From the human T2T-CHM13v2.0 reference genome, Homo sapiens, in the NCBI RefSeq assembly GCF_009914755.1, contig NC_060929.1: DNA of 64,000 bases. One strand, written 5' to 3'. The notes beneath the pieces were generated by a model. It saw nothing but the letters and a program-made list of their open reading frames with translations. It searched no databases and was not told the DNA's origin. Below, piece by piece: positions 29,493-42,879 of this stretch; position 1 is the first letter of the stretch, and each line of letters starts with the position of its first letter. The position numbers were made by a program, and so were the translations under genes.

Positions 29493-31189
29493 CCCAGATA
29501 CATAGCGAAATCTTCTTCTTCTAGGCCCCCTGTGCCTGTGTCCACCACTTCATCCCCCAATTAGCTATATTTGAAAAAGTAAGAGGGAAAGAACAGTTGG
29601 AGGGGGAAGAGAGAGAGAAAGAAGACAGACAACTTAGATTATGTGCCCTAGATGTTGGCCTTACAAAACGGGAGCAAATCTTAACCAATCATTGTAGCAA
29701 AACCTTTTGTTTATGAAGGAAGTTCCTTTTGTTTCTTTTCAGTCCACTCTACCTGCTAATTAAAATCAATAATATGAGATGCCGTGCTATCTTTCCTACC
29801 TGAGCCACTTATACTGTATTGTCAGGTTTGGTTTATTTCATTTTCTGAGCTTATTTGCCAGTTAATCATTTGTTTTTATATTACAAAGTGGCTCATCTCT
29901 GCCTCATTACACACTGAAAGTAATGCCTGACAAGCGATTGTCCAACGCTCACCAAACCGTGCTTGTGCAGGTTGGCAAAGGATGCTCTCAGCATAGACAG
30001 GCTGACTTACATACAGCCAGCCTACCTTTCCTGTCTCACTATCAGATCTGTTCATAGGTCCCGACACAGGGGAAAAAAATCAGAATGATATATAGAATTA
30101 AAGGATAATGGAACTGGAATAATGTTGAGCATCTTAATTAGAGACTTTGGGCAGGATATAATCATACATGTGAGTTGAATACGTAATTAGAAGATTAGAA
30201 TCTTTGAAAAAGAAGGAAGCGTTAGTATTCTTTAGTTAGCAAAATGCACTGTTTTATAGAATGTAAAACAAACAGCACCAAAGAAGACAAAGTTTTATAA
30301 AATGACTTTCCCAAGGTTTACTCATTTCTTCATATAAGAGAATGTGCTTCCAATGTACTGTGAAGATCTACAGCATTATTTACTGATGTAAAAGAAAACA
30401 TTTTTCATTAATTATTTTGCCCATCTTCTGAGTCCTCCTGTATTTCATATTGTACCAAGGTCTATCAATAAATTGATAAGCTCAGTGCAAACAGAATAAA
30501 TGTGCTTTTAAGACATTGTATGTGCTGCATCATGAAGCTATTGCTCTAACATCAATGGGACATTCAATTTGATTTTTTTTCTTTAGTGAAAATGGATATT
30601 CACTACTGACATTCACATTTTATGCCTTAAGTCATTGATGATAAACAATACATAGCTGCTAAAAAGTTGCCTGAGATGAAGGGTAGAGTATGAAACTAGC
30701 TGGTTAAAGTGAAAATTGAGCCCATGACTCATAACCTCAGCTTTGTAGAACTGCCTTAAAATTGGACTTTGGTCTAAGGTGCTTGAATATAGTTCTGGTT
30801 TTAATTTTCTAAGTGGCATTACTCTCTAATCCAAGAAATAATTTACAATCAATACAACTTTTAGAATCCAAAAAATCTTAAGTATAAGGCAATTACAGGT
30901 GAATTAGAAAACAAAATTTACTGGTAGAAAATAGTTACTGTAAATTTTAATTTTATTATTTGATAAACAACATGGCTAATAAGCCCAAGTGTTAAAAAGC
31001 CAGTGAGAGATAAATATATTTTTGACAAGCAGCTTTTCAATACGAGACTAAGAACTGAAACTCACTATGAGAATGGGTGGGATTGATAAACCTTGTAAAT
31101 AATTTCAGAGCAGGCTAGGGACAGCTTGACACCCTGAAAACCTTGCAAAATTAATCTTTCATGACAATATTTGAAGACTGCCATCACTG

Positions 31190-31415
31190 TCATCCCTTCA
31201 ACAAATATTCACTGAGCTGTGACAAGCACAGTGCTTGGGGCTGTGAATAGCACAGTGGTATATAACAGAGACTATGACATCAGGAAGTTCATGGTTGGTG
31301 TCACTTATTTAACAAGCATTTATTGAGCACTACCTATGTGATAGGCACCTTGCTAAATATACCCTGGGGATTAAATAGAACATATGACATAGTCCTTGTG
31401 CTCAAGATTTACCTA
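31190..31415 (-). mobile_element. Two L2 3'-end fragments
   Basis: ttcaacaaatattcactgagc and tatttaacaagcatttattgagcactacctatgtgataggcac. Confidence 0.65.
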
Positions 31416-32153
31416 ACCACTCCACGTACTGATTTATGGAAATTCTGAAACTAGGTTTGTTATTTACCCAAAAAAGACACTAGCTAACTAATTGATAGAG
31501 AAATTTTCTGCAATATTATCTCTCAGCCTTCAGGCAACTGCATCTTTTTTGCTACCTCACCTCTATATTCTTAACTGCTCTGCTCTGGTTTTTGTAAGCA
31601 GTGTTCCTTGTGCGGCCTGTATTTTGGAACCTCTGCTCATGTAATGGTGTTTGCCACACAGTTGAACTGTTGAACTAATTCTTCTATATTTTGACCACAC
31701 AGTTTTCTTAGATACATTTTGTACCTGGTTCTCAATTTCCCCTTGCTTTGACCCTTCATGTGTATATCCTGTAACTGCTGTTACAGATATCTGGTATCTG
31801 AAAAAGTCCTTTTTCAGAAAGCCTAGTTCTGGTATTTTACTTTGTTGCATTTCTATATGAGAAATATTTATTGTCTAATCTACTTGAAAACTGATGAAAA
31901 TGTCTATTTAACATTTATTTTTAATTCTGATGCGCTAAAATCCAAATGTTATTCAGTTTTTAACATAATGAAAGAAGAGAAACTTGCATATTAAAACAGA
32001 GACATTCATCTAATTAGTCTTACTAATAAAATTCCTAGGTAGTTTGAAAAATAAAGATTTGAGAAGATACTTTGCTTTGACACTGTTGAATTCAAAGTCA
32101 CCCAGAAAGAAAATTTGACATAATAAAATATTTTGTCTTTTCAAATTGCCCAC

Positions 32154-32710
32154 TGAGAAACAAAAATAAAATTCTAAGCCCCCAGATGACTGAACCAACC
32201 CTCTCTTCGTCAAGAGGAACCTCATGGAAACCTTGGAAGCTGAGTTCATGACCATGATGGGATGGGGGATCAGACATGCGTTATATCCCCACTCCCTTGC
32301 TAAGTGTCATTAGGCTTTCTTCCCTCAGGGCTAGACAGAAACCAGCTCTTTCAAAAGTCATGCCAGGTACAGAACAAAGACAAAACGAGATTCATCCTTC
32401 CTTCATCCCTCCCTGAGATGTCCACTTCCTCTATTTCCTTTTCTTCAAATGTTCACTTTATCTTACGTAAAAAGTAGATTTACCAAACACCAACTCAAGT
32501 CTCGCCAGTATGTTTTTATTCCTTTCACTGCTGCCCTCCTCCCCACTTTTTAGATAAAATATATAAATACTAAACCTCTGGAGAACCTCTTTGGACAAAA
32601 CAGCCACATGTGCCTGTGACTTGAGTTTTTCCCGGGTGCACCCTCAGGCTGGCTCAATAAACCTTGATGATTTAAGATTTATTATGCTCAGTTACTCATT
32701 TTGGTTGTCA
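32154..32710 (+). mobile_element. MER39-family solo LTR (ERV1)
   Basis: tgagaaacaaaaataaaattctaagccccc…ggctcaataaacc…ttggttgtca; TSD ccac at 32150-32153 and 32711-32714. Confidence 0.85.
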
Positions 32711-33026
32711 CCACCATATTTTAGGCTGTTGTTTGTTACTGGAATACTCCTTCATTCCCAGAAATCCTGAAAATTCTTCCAAACATATAAGTTTAATGAG
32801 CATTTTAATACTAATTATCTACATAGGGTATTATGAGTATATGTTTTTCCATATCACCCTTTGGCTTACCTTATTACAGCAGCAACAGTGTTTTGCTTAT
32901 TTTAGTTGCAGTTAGAAGGGTTTCTTCTAATCAGATTACATTTTCATTTGACAAATTTATGAAAAGAAGCCTTAAAAATACTTGCCAGGAGAATCTGATA
33001 ATTTATGTCAAAATTACATCAGCTGA

Positions 33027-33407
33027 TTTTTAAAAATTTTTATTTCCATGCTTTTGGGAATATAGTTGGTTTTTGGTTACATGGATAAGTTCTTTAGTGG
33101 TGATTTCTGAGATTTTAGTGCACCCATCACCTGAACAGTGTACACCATACCCAATATGTAGTTTTTTTATCCCTCATACCCCCAACATTCCCCCTGAGTC
33201 CCCAAAGTCCTTTACATTAATTATTCTTATGCCTTTGCATTCTCATAGTTGAGTTCCCACTTATAAGTGAGAACATTTATTTGGTTTTCCATTCCTGAGT
33301 TACTTTGAGTAGCTACCCAGTAGTAGGATTGCTGGATTAAATGGTAGTTCTACTTTCAGTTTTTAAAGGAATCTCGATACTGTTTTTCACAGCGGTTATA
33401 CTAATGT
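33027..33407 (-). mobile_element. L1PB1-like 3' end with internal deletion
   Basis: ggttacatggataagttctttagtggtgatttctgagattttagtgcacccatcacc…ttccattcctgagttactt jumps to tacccagtagtaggattgctgg. Confidence 0.8.
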
Positions 33408-33437
33408 GCCCTGCTCTTCTGTATTTACAGTAAGAGT

Positions 33438-35227
33438 TGTTAAAGCAAACTAAATACGGCCTGAGAAGGACTCCATACTTCTATATTTGAGTCCTTGTGG
33501 ATGAACTGCAATCTAACATAATAAGTAGATAATATTGAAAATTTAATTTAGGAGTATGTGCCTGTAACAGTGGCTGAGTCTTGGCCAATCTCAACAGCCA
33601 TACTTCAACCAGTCATGCACTGCTGAATGCTCAAACTGTGTTCAAATAAGGCAAATGCCAAGCTGTAGCCAATCCAGCTGTTTTTGTACTTCATTCCAAT
33701 TTCTGTACTTCACTTTGCTTTTCTTGTCTATAAATTTGTTCTGTCCACAAGGTACCCCTGGAGTCCCTCTGAATCTGCTGTGATTCTGGAGGCTGCCTGA
33801 TTTGTGAATTGTTTTTTTTTTATTATTATACTTTAAGTTTTAGGGTACATGTACACAACGTGCAGGTTAGTTACATATGTATACGTGTGCCATGTTGGTG
33901 TGCTGCACCCATTAACTCATCATTTAACATTAGGTATATCTCCTAATGCTATCCCTCCCCCCTCCCCCCACCCCACAACAGGCCCTGGTGTGTGATGTTC
34001 TCCTTCCTGTGTCCATGTGTTCTCATTGTTCAATTCCCACCTATGAGTGAGAACATGCAGTGTTTGGTTTTTTGTCCTTGTAATAGTTTGCTGAGAATGA
34101 TGGTTTCCAGCTTCATCCATGTCCCTGCAAAGGACATGAACTCATCCTTTTTAATGGCTGCATAGTATTCCACAGTGTATATGTGCCACATTTTCTTAAT
34201 CCAGTCTATCATTGATGGACATTTGGGTTAGTTCCAAGTCCTTGCTATTGTGAATAGTGCCGCAATAAACATACATGTGCATGTGTCTTTATAGCAGCAT
34301 GTTTTATAATCCTTTGGGTATATACCCAGTAATGGGATGGCTGGGTCAAATGGTATTTCTAGTTCTAGATCCCTGAGGAATCGCCACACTGTCTTCCACA
34401 ATGGTTGAACTGGTTTACAGTCCCACCAACAGTGTAGAAATGTTCCTATTTCTCCACATCCTCTCCAGCACCTGTTGTTTCCTGACTTTTGAAGGATCGC
34501 CATTCTAACTGGTGTGAGATGATATCTCATTCTGGTTTTGATTTGCATTTCTCTGATGGCCAGTGATGATGAGCATTTTTTCATGTGTCTTTTGGCTGCA
34601 TAAATGTCTTCTTTTGAGAAGTGTCTGTTCATATACTTTGCCCACTTTTTGATGGGGTTGTTTGTTGTTTTCTTGTAAATTTTTTGGAGTTCATCATAGA
34701 TTCTGGATATTAGCCCTTTATCAGATGAGTAGATTGCAAAAATTTTCTCTCATTTTGTAGGTTGCCTGTTCACTCTGATGGTAGTTTCTTTTGCTGTGCA
34801 GAAGCTCTTTAGTTTAATTAGATCCCATTTGTCAATTTGGGCTTTTGTTGCCATTGCTTTTTGTGTTTTAGTCATGAAGTCCTTGCCTATGCCTATGTCC
34901 TGAATGGTATTGCCTATGTTTTCATCTAGGGTTTTTATGGTTTTAGGTCTAACACGTAAGTGTTTAATCCATCTTGAATTAATTTTTGTATAAGGTGTAA
35001 GGAAGGGATCCAGTTTCAGCTTTCTACATATGGCTAGCCAGTTTTCCCAGCACCATTTATCAAATAGGGAATCCTTTCCCCATTTCTTGTTTTTGTCAGG
35101 TTTGTCAAAGATCAAATAGTTGTAGATATGCAGCATTATTTCTGAGGGCTCTGTTCTGTTCCATTGGTCTATATTTGTTCAATTCAACTCCCTTAAATTT
35201 AATTCAGCTGAAGTTTTTCTTTTAACA
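33438..35227 (+). mobile_element. MER57-family solo LTR interrupted by an L1PA
   Basis: tgttaaagcaaactaaatacggcctgagaaggactcc … aaatttaattcagctgaagtttttcttttaaca; TSD gagt at 33434-33437 and 35228-35231. Confidence 0.85.
33812..35173 (-). mobile_element. 5'-truncated L1PA4/L1PA5 (~1.36 kb)
   Basis: Poly-T, 3'UTR and ORF2 C-terminus (34750..35136; 34228..34632 [18 protein letters not shown]). Confidence 0.93.
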
Positions 35228-36171
35228 GAGTTAAAAAATCAAAATCAAGTAAACTGTTAGAGTTGTGTTTCTGATTACCTTAAAGGGCTTGGTTGAGAGA
35301 TTTTAACAAAATTGTGCAGAGATATCTCGTCTACTTGGTCACTCACAGAGCCTGGATTTATCAAATTTTGTTTGTTTAAGATTTGTATTTGTTAAACAAA
35401 ATAAATTCCCTGGGTTCAGTTTTAAAGATTAATAAAACCAGTTGAAAAAAGAGAAACAATTAGCTAGGAAATGATTCCTTTGACATATGTGGTATTGAAT
35501 TGTCAATATAATGGCTTTTCCACCATGTCCTCCCTGACTTTACCTTTTCCTAATTAATCAATCCATTTTTTTAAATGTACAGATATAAGGAATTTTAATT
35601 TTGGGTAATGACAGCAAAGAAGTATATTTGTCTGCTAGGAGTGCAATTTTGATGTCTGTTTCAGTCTTTTCATCTGGATTCAAGCCCACACCTTAGCATT
35701 GTGGAATAATTACCTGAGATAATCCATAGAAAGCAGTAGGTGCAGCAGTGATCACAGTAAAGCAGCACTCTTTAAAATATTTTATTACATAAAACTTGTA
35801 CAGGAAAGGGAAGTGAAATAATCCCCTTCCCACCGTGCCTGGCCAAAAAAAATCAAAACAAAACAAAAAAAAAAAAAACAACAATAATAAGGGCTTAAAA
35901 CTATTTGTTAATTGAACAAATGTTAGCTATTATTAGATATTCTTTGGTAGAAAAACATAATTCTCTATTTTAAATTTTAAATAGTGGTAATAGGCACCAC
36001 ATGTGCATTGCTTATTGTGTTTCAAGAACTCGGTTATAGACATATATCATCACCTCAGTTAACATTCGATGAGTGCTCCAGATTGTTTCCCCACTCTACA
36101 CAACAACATCTTGGAAGAACCAGCCTGTCAGAATAAATTCATCTTTAACAGTACCTGATGTGATTCAATAG

Positions 36172-36385
36172 TATATACATATATACACACACTAATATAT
36201 GTTCATATAATATGTACACAAATATATGCATATGTAGATATATGTGTACATATTATATATGTGTATATGTTCTATATGTATATAATATATACAAATATGT
36301 TCATTTGTGTACATATATACATATATTATTGAATATATACAGACATTTTTTTATATACAAATATTATAAAATATATATACAATAT
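36172..36385. repeat. AT-rich (TA/TG/CA) low-complexity tract
   Basis: tatatacatatatacacac…atatgtgtatatgttctatatgtatataatatatac. Confidence 0.85.
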
Positions 36386-36602
36386 TCAATTGTTCCAGAA
36401 TATGTGACTATCTTTAGGTCTAAGAAAAATAAAATGTTCTAAAATTTGAATTATAAAACATGCCTCTGAATGCCATAGAAGAATAGCAAATGTATATATT
36501 ACAAAAATTTCAAATGAAGAATAAATAATGCAATTGTAGATATTCCTCCTGGTGATAACTGTTAGCTCATGATGACTTGACATGAAAATCTTCCTACTGG
36601 AA

Positions 36603-37380
36603 TGTGAGTCAGAGATCTTGGGAATAGTGGTTTCTGAAGTCTAGGCCTGTTCAACAAAGACAACTTTGCCCTAAGAGAGACTTGTCCTTTTCTCTCGATT
36701 CCTGGGAGATAACTTCTAAGCCCTTGGTATGTCCTACCTAATAAGAGTGTCTGTTTACCTGGGAGCATTGGGACATGCCAGATAGTCTATGCTAACAATG
36801 TGATTTATGATAGGGGACCTTGAATCATGTGATATCAACTTGACCTGGGGGAAGCTGGAGACTAAGATCAGACATGCGGGTGGTCAACTATATTTGGATA
36901 ACTGAGTCCCACCATAGTGTCTAAACGCCAAGGCTTGAGTAAGCATCTCTGGCTGGCAATACTCTGTGTTTATAGTCACACATAATTTCTAGATAAACTT
37001 GTGCTCTCTACTCAACTCCACTAGGAGAAGACAATGGGAAACTCCTTGTCAGAGACTCTCCTGTATCCTCTTCTGTATGCCTCTTCTTTGGCTAATACAT
37101 TGAATTTGTATTCTTTTATCATAGTAAACCATGTCTGTAAGGAAGACTGCTTTAAGTGAGTTATGTGAGTTCTTGTAGTGAACTGTCAGACCCAAGATGG
37201 TTGGGCAGACTTCTGAATCTTCAGTTGGTGCTAACAGTGAGGGCAGGTGAGGGAAGTCTTGGGGATGCCCAGACTTCTAGTTGGTATCAAAAGTAACTGG
37301 TTTGGGGAACCTCCAAGCTTGTAGTTGGTATCAGAAGTGATGGAGGTCTTGAGGACTCCTGAACTTTGTAGGACCCCAGC
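36603..37380 (+). mobile_element. MER68/MER77-like (MER21 group, ERVL) LTR with PBS-like reiterated tail
   Basis: tgtgagtcagag…cctgggagataacttctaagcccttgg…gatagtctatgctaacaatgtgattt…ggcaatactc; tail contains tggtatcagaagtg. Confidence 0.7.
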
Positions 37381-37856
37381 AAAGTAAATACAAATATTAT
37401 AACAAATTTCAATGTGTAAAAACTTCTTAGGTTGGTGGTATAGTATAATTGAAAAACCATGGACTGTGAACCCAAAGTGGGGCTCAAATTCTGGATCGGT
37501 CACATAGTAGCTGTAAATAGAATATTGTCATTACATGGCAGTGGCTTTTGAATTTTGAAGGCCAAAGTGCAAATTCATACTCCATCACTACAAGTTATTT
37601 TATCTCTTTCTATTATCTCATTTGTAAAATGTATACTATTACCTTAAAATACATTTTGATAATTATACAAGCCAATAATTGCAAAATTCCTTATATATAA
37701 GGAGCACGATGAAATGATAAATTTAGTGACTATACTATTCAGCAATTGTGTATCATTTTGTTATTTCTAAGCAGAACAGTGCACAAGAAGATATCTTGAA
37801 TCACCCAAGAGGTGCCAGAGCTCCCATGTGCTTTCAGAGTTAGCAGGGGACTATCT

Positions 37857-38245
37857 GTTCATGCAACTAATACTTAGTGTGTTTACTCTACCAGCTATTG
37901 TTTTAGGTTCCACAGTAAAAAAGAGATAAATATATGTGCCTTCTAATGGGAAAAGAGAGAAAAACATCAGATAGAAAGATAGATAGATACGTATAAAAAA
38001 TATGTGGCATATTAATGATAAGTGCTAATAACACAAATGAAGCAGGTAGGGGTGATAGGGAGTATGGAGGTAAGGTAACAATGTTAACTAGAGGCACCAA
38101 GGAAAGGCTACACTGGAAAACTGACATTTTGTTAAACACTGAAAGGGGGAGAAGAAAAATTTTCTACAATTTTCTTTTAGAAAAAAAAAGAGAAAATTCA
38201 AAGAATCTTGGATGAGAATGAGCCTGGCATGTATAAAGAAGAGCT
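37857..38245 (-). mobile_element. L2 fragment
   Basis: atgataagtgcta…aagcaggtaggggtgataggg…ggaaaggctacactggaaaactgacatttt…gagcctggcatgt. Confidence 0.55.
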
Positions 38246-40146
38246 GTAATGTAATGAGTTTATATACCTCACAGTTCCAACTCCCCATTTGGAAAGTTAA
38301 TTTCAAGAAAATATCACTAAAACGTCTTTGAAGTATAAGGAAAACATGCTTTTGGAGAACTCAGAGCCTTGCATGCCCACTATTCACTTATTAAATCAAT
38401 TTCATGTGTAGATTAACTTGTCTAAAGCATAAGGATGTTTATATATAATTATATATGCCCAAGGTATTTGAAAAGAGTTTTTTAATGACAAGTAAGATTC
38501 TGGGCTGTTCTGTTGAAAAAAGTAATCATGCTAAGTTTTACTAGGCATATTGAATTGAAAACATTTTCGGGTTTTTATCCTGTGTTGGAAATTCACACAA
38601 TTAGTATGTTTATGGCCTTTGTTTTACAAACACCTTTTCCCTCTCTCTACCTGAATGCATTATTTTTCTTTTATTTTTATCTGCTGCTTCATTCCAAATT
38701 TATTTTCTGGAAGAAATAATGTGCTATTTAATTTTTCATCACAAAAGAAAAATGTATTTCCAATTTTTTAAAGTTAAAAATTGTGTATGGAATAGTCCCT
38801 TCTAGTAGGTGATGATTATCTATATGCCCAGTAGCCAATTACAATTTTTTTTTCAAAATCATATATTGGTTTTTAATTGAAACAAGAACACATTTATGAA
38901 AAATGGCTTTTTTAAAAGAGAATTGACAATGCATAGTGTACAGGTGCATAGCAGTAAATTGAACCCTATGTATATTATTTAAAGTCTTCAATCAGCTGTC
39001 CCAGACTTGGTAAGGAATTGCTATTCACTTGAGTATATTATGCTGTCAGGGCCTCCTTTTGCATTAACACACCAATGAGTCAGTTGCATCAAATTCATCC
39101 AAAGTGCACAAGAAATTATAATCCCCATGACATTTAGGTAATTTAGTGTGTTAAAAGAAGAACTCAAGCCTTTATAAGAAAGATGATTATTTTGTATTGT
39201 GTTGGTAAGAGATCATAGATTGTTCTTCTATGCCAAATTTATTTTTTATATTGTTGCTTTCTTGAAGAATAATTCCAAGCATATTTTTGTAGTAAATGAG
39301 GAGCAAGCCAATTAAGCCTCCCATGCTTGCAACTCAAACAGCAATCTGGATTGCTATAATGGAGAGAGACTCAATATAAATTAAAAGCAGAGAGGGTATT
39401 ATGGAGAAAGGGTCAGGCCTTTTGAATTGCAGAGAATAACAAGTATGCTTATGGGAAAATTGTTCATTGCAAATCCTTCCTTAAAATAATTTTAAAGTAA
39501 GATTTATACAGTTTTATTTCCACTTTTAAACTGGCTAGCTTTACTTCCTTTATATGTTCGATTTTAGTACATGAAGAGATGTAAATTTAATAATTAACTC
39601 TCATCACTTTCTAGCTTTTAACCAAAACTAATAATATATATCTTGTTTCTACAAGAGAGAGAAAATATGTTGTTCAAAACTAAAGATAAATCATTTAATT
39701 GATTCTCCATATTTTTCTTTCTGTTCCTACTTTGCCAGAAGTTACATGAGACATGTTATTATTTTGTTCTGATTGTAAAGAGCATGTTTTGATATAACCT
39801 AATAGTTTTACTCAGCATTATTGCAGTAAGACTTATACAATACATTGTCCATTTTATCCTTTTCATTAAAGTAGGTACATGCACTGTGTAGCTTATTACT
39901 TTCAACATTTAGGGGATGCAGGATACTTGCTTTCTAATAAAACAAAATTATAGTTTTATAGTGACATAAAACAGAATTTGAAGAATTCTAAAATGATAGA
40001 ATATTTTTAAATTTTATGTTTATGTTACCCAAAGCATGTAAATACCATAGTTTTCACTCAAGGGTGGCTTGATTTGTTTTGACACCAATACCTCAGGTCT
40101 ACTTATTTTCGTTTAAATACTGAAGATAGATTTAGTTAAATAACTA

Positions 40147-40605
<459 letters not shown>

Positions 40606-41545
40606 TCATCAGGCTGTTTTGAAGAAAGAACACTGTTTGCAAAAACAATGAGATTGTCTTTGATAAGTGAGTGGAAACCAAAGATCCTAATTATTATTGT
40701 GATACATGATAAAACTGTTTCTCTGTGAACCTTGGAGACCATCTGTACAAAGATTCCATTTTCCAGATAGCAAAAAAATAAGGAATTCTCAATTTATTGA
40801 GGAAAAAATTTGGTCATGGCCATGGATTTACTTTTCACATATATGGCTCAATGTGGCTCCATCCTCACTTTTAAGCAACATCTGCTACAATGCTTTTTTT
40901 CTCAATACTCTTCTCTCTATTCTGCACCCACATGCTCCTTCTTTGTTCCAATGCATACCAAAACTATATATATGCCGCTTATTTGGCTTGGGGTAGTCTT
41001 CCCTACTTTTCTTTCCCAAACAAAACTCCCTTTCGGTCACCTTCTCTGAGATCACTTAACACTTGGTAGATGCCTATAAATATTTAATAATTCTTATTCA
41101 GGCTTTGTTGAAAGTATCTACCTTTTCTTCATTTTCATTCTTCTCCCTATCTTGTTCCTCTTCATTTATGGTCATCCAGCAGAATTTTAGATAGCTAATA
41201 TGTTCAATAGTGCTAATATAAGTAAACTAAAAATGACTAGTCTCTTTAATAATAAATCAATGTGCTTAACTATACCACTCTGGAATTCTGAAGCTTCTTT
41301 CAAGTCTTTTACTCGTATAGAATCTGCTCTGATTATTAGTTATATATGATATGCAAATCATGACTTTGATCAAATGCAAAATTATTTGAACTCACACAGA
41401 AATTCCAGATTAAATCAAGAAAATTGCTCTGCATATGATCCAAGGGCTCCTTTTTTGTTTTAACATGAAAATATATATAGAGGCACAGAGAAGCTATGGG
41501 CTAACCAACCCTCAAGTGCCTTAATAACTAGGTCCATGGATGATA

Positions 41546-41954
41546 TACTGGGTTGAATGTTGCCACTGCAAAATTTCATGTGGATGTGAAACCTGTGAAT
41601 GTGACTTATTTGAAATAGGTTCTTTGCATATATAATCAAATAAGAATAAGGTCATACTGGATTTGTGTGATCTTTAAATCCTTTATGATTAGTGTCCTTA
41701 TAATAGAAAGAGAGACATTTGGAAACAGGGAGATAGACCCACAGCAGATCTGTCCATGGGAAGATAGATGCATGGATTGGAGTGATACATCTACAAGCTA
41801 GGTAATGCCAAATGTTGCTAGCAGTCATCAGAAGCTATAAGATGCAAGACGGGATTCTACCCTGGAGCCTTTAGAGGGAGCGTGGCTTTGCTGACACCTT
41901 GATTTCAGACTTCCAGTCTTCAGAACCATGAAACAGTAGATTTCTGGGGTTGTT
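41546..41954 (+). mobile_element. MLT1C LTR lacking its last few tens of bases
   Basis: ggttgaatg…gaatgtgacttatttgaaatagg…ggagcctttagagggagcgtggctttgctgacaccttgatttcagacttcc. Confidence 0.82.
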
Positions 41955-42110
41955 TCTTGAGACGGGTTCTTGCTCTGTTGCCCAGGCTGGAATAAAGTAA
42001 TAGGATCATGGCTCACTGCAACCTCAATCTCCCAGGCTCAAATGATCCTCTCACCTCAATCTCCTGAGTAGTTGCAACTACAGGTACACACCATCACATC
42101 TGGCTAATTT
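41955..42110 (-). mobile_element. AluJ right monomer (left monomer lost)
   Basis: gagacgggttcttgctctgttgcccaggctgg…cccaggctcaaatgatcctctcacctc…tggctaattt. Confidence 0.85.
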
Positions 42111-42119
42111 CTGTCTCTC

Positions 42120-42167
<48 letters not shown>

Positions 42168-42879
42168 GTCTCTCTACTATATATATATATAGTAGTCTCT
42201 CTACTATATATATATAGTAGTCTCTCTACTATATATATATAGTAGTCTCTCTACTATATATATATAGTAGTCTCTCTACTATATATATATAGTAGTCTCT
42301 CTACTATATATATATAGTAGTCTCTCTACTACATATATATATGTAGCAGTCTCTCTACTATATATATATATAGCAGTCTCTCTACTATATATATATATAG
42401 CAGTCTCTCTACTATATATATATATAGCAGTCTCTCTACTATATATATATAGCAGTCTCTCTACTATATATATAGTAGTCTCTCTACTATATATATATGT
42501 ATATAGTAGTCTCTCTACATATATATGTATATAGTAGTCTCTCTACTATATATATATAGTACTCTCTCTACTATATATATAGAATACTCTCTCTACTATA
42601 TATATAGTACTCTACTATATATATAGTACTCTCTCTACTATATATATATAGTAGTCTATATATAGTAGTCTACTATATATATATATAGTAGTCTCTCTAC
42701 TATATATATATAGTAGTCTCTCTACTATATATATATAGTAGTCTCTCTACTATATATATATATAGTAGTCTCTCTACTATATATATATATAGTAGTCTCT
42801 CTACTATATATATATAGTAGTCTCTACTATATATATATATATAGTAGTCTCTACTATATATATACTATACTATATATAT
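42111..42879. repeat. Palindromic AT-rich minisatellite, unit ~TCTCT-CTAC(TA)nGTAG, roughly 30 copies
   Basis: Directly visible; the first unit has (TA)21; variant blocks with GCAG and GTAC. Confidence 0.97.

Noticed and set aside
42111-42879. Repeat-spacer appearance resembling a CRISPR array
   Set aside because: The spacers are just variable (TA)n, there are no cas genes and the context is primate DNA; it is a minisatellite.
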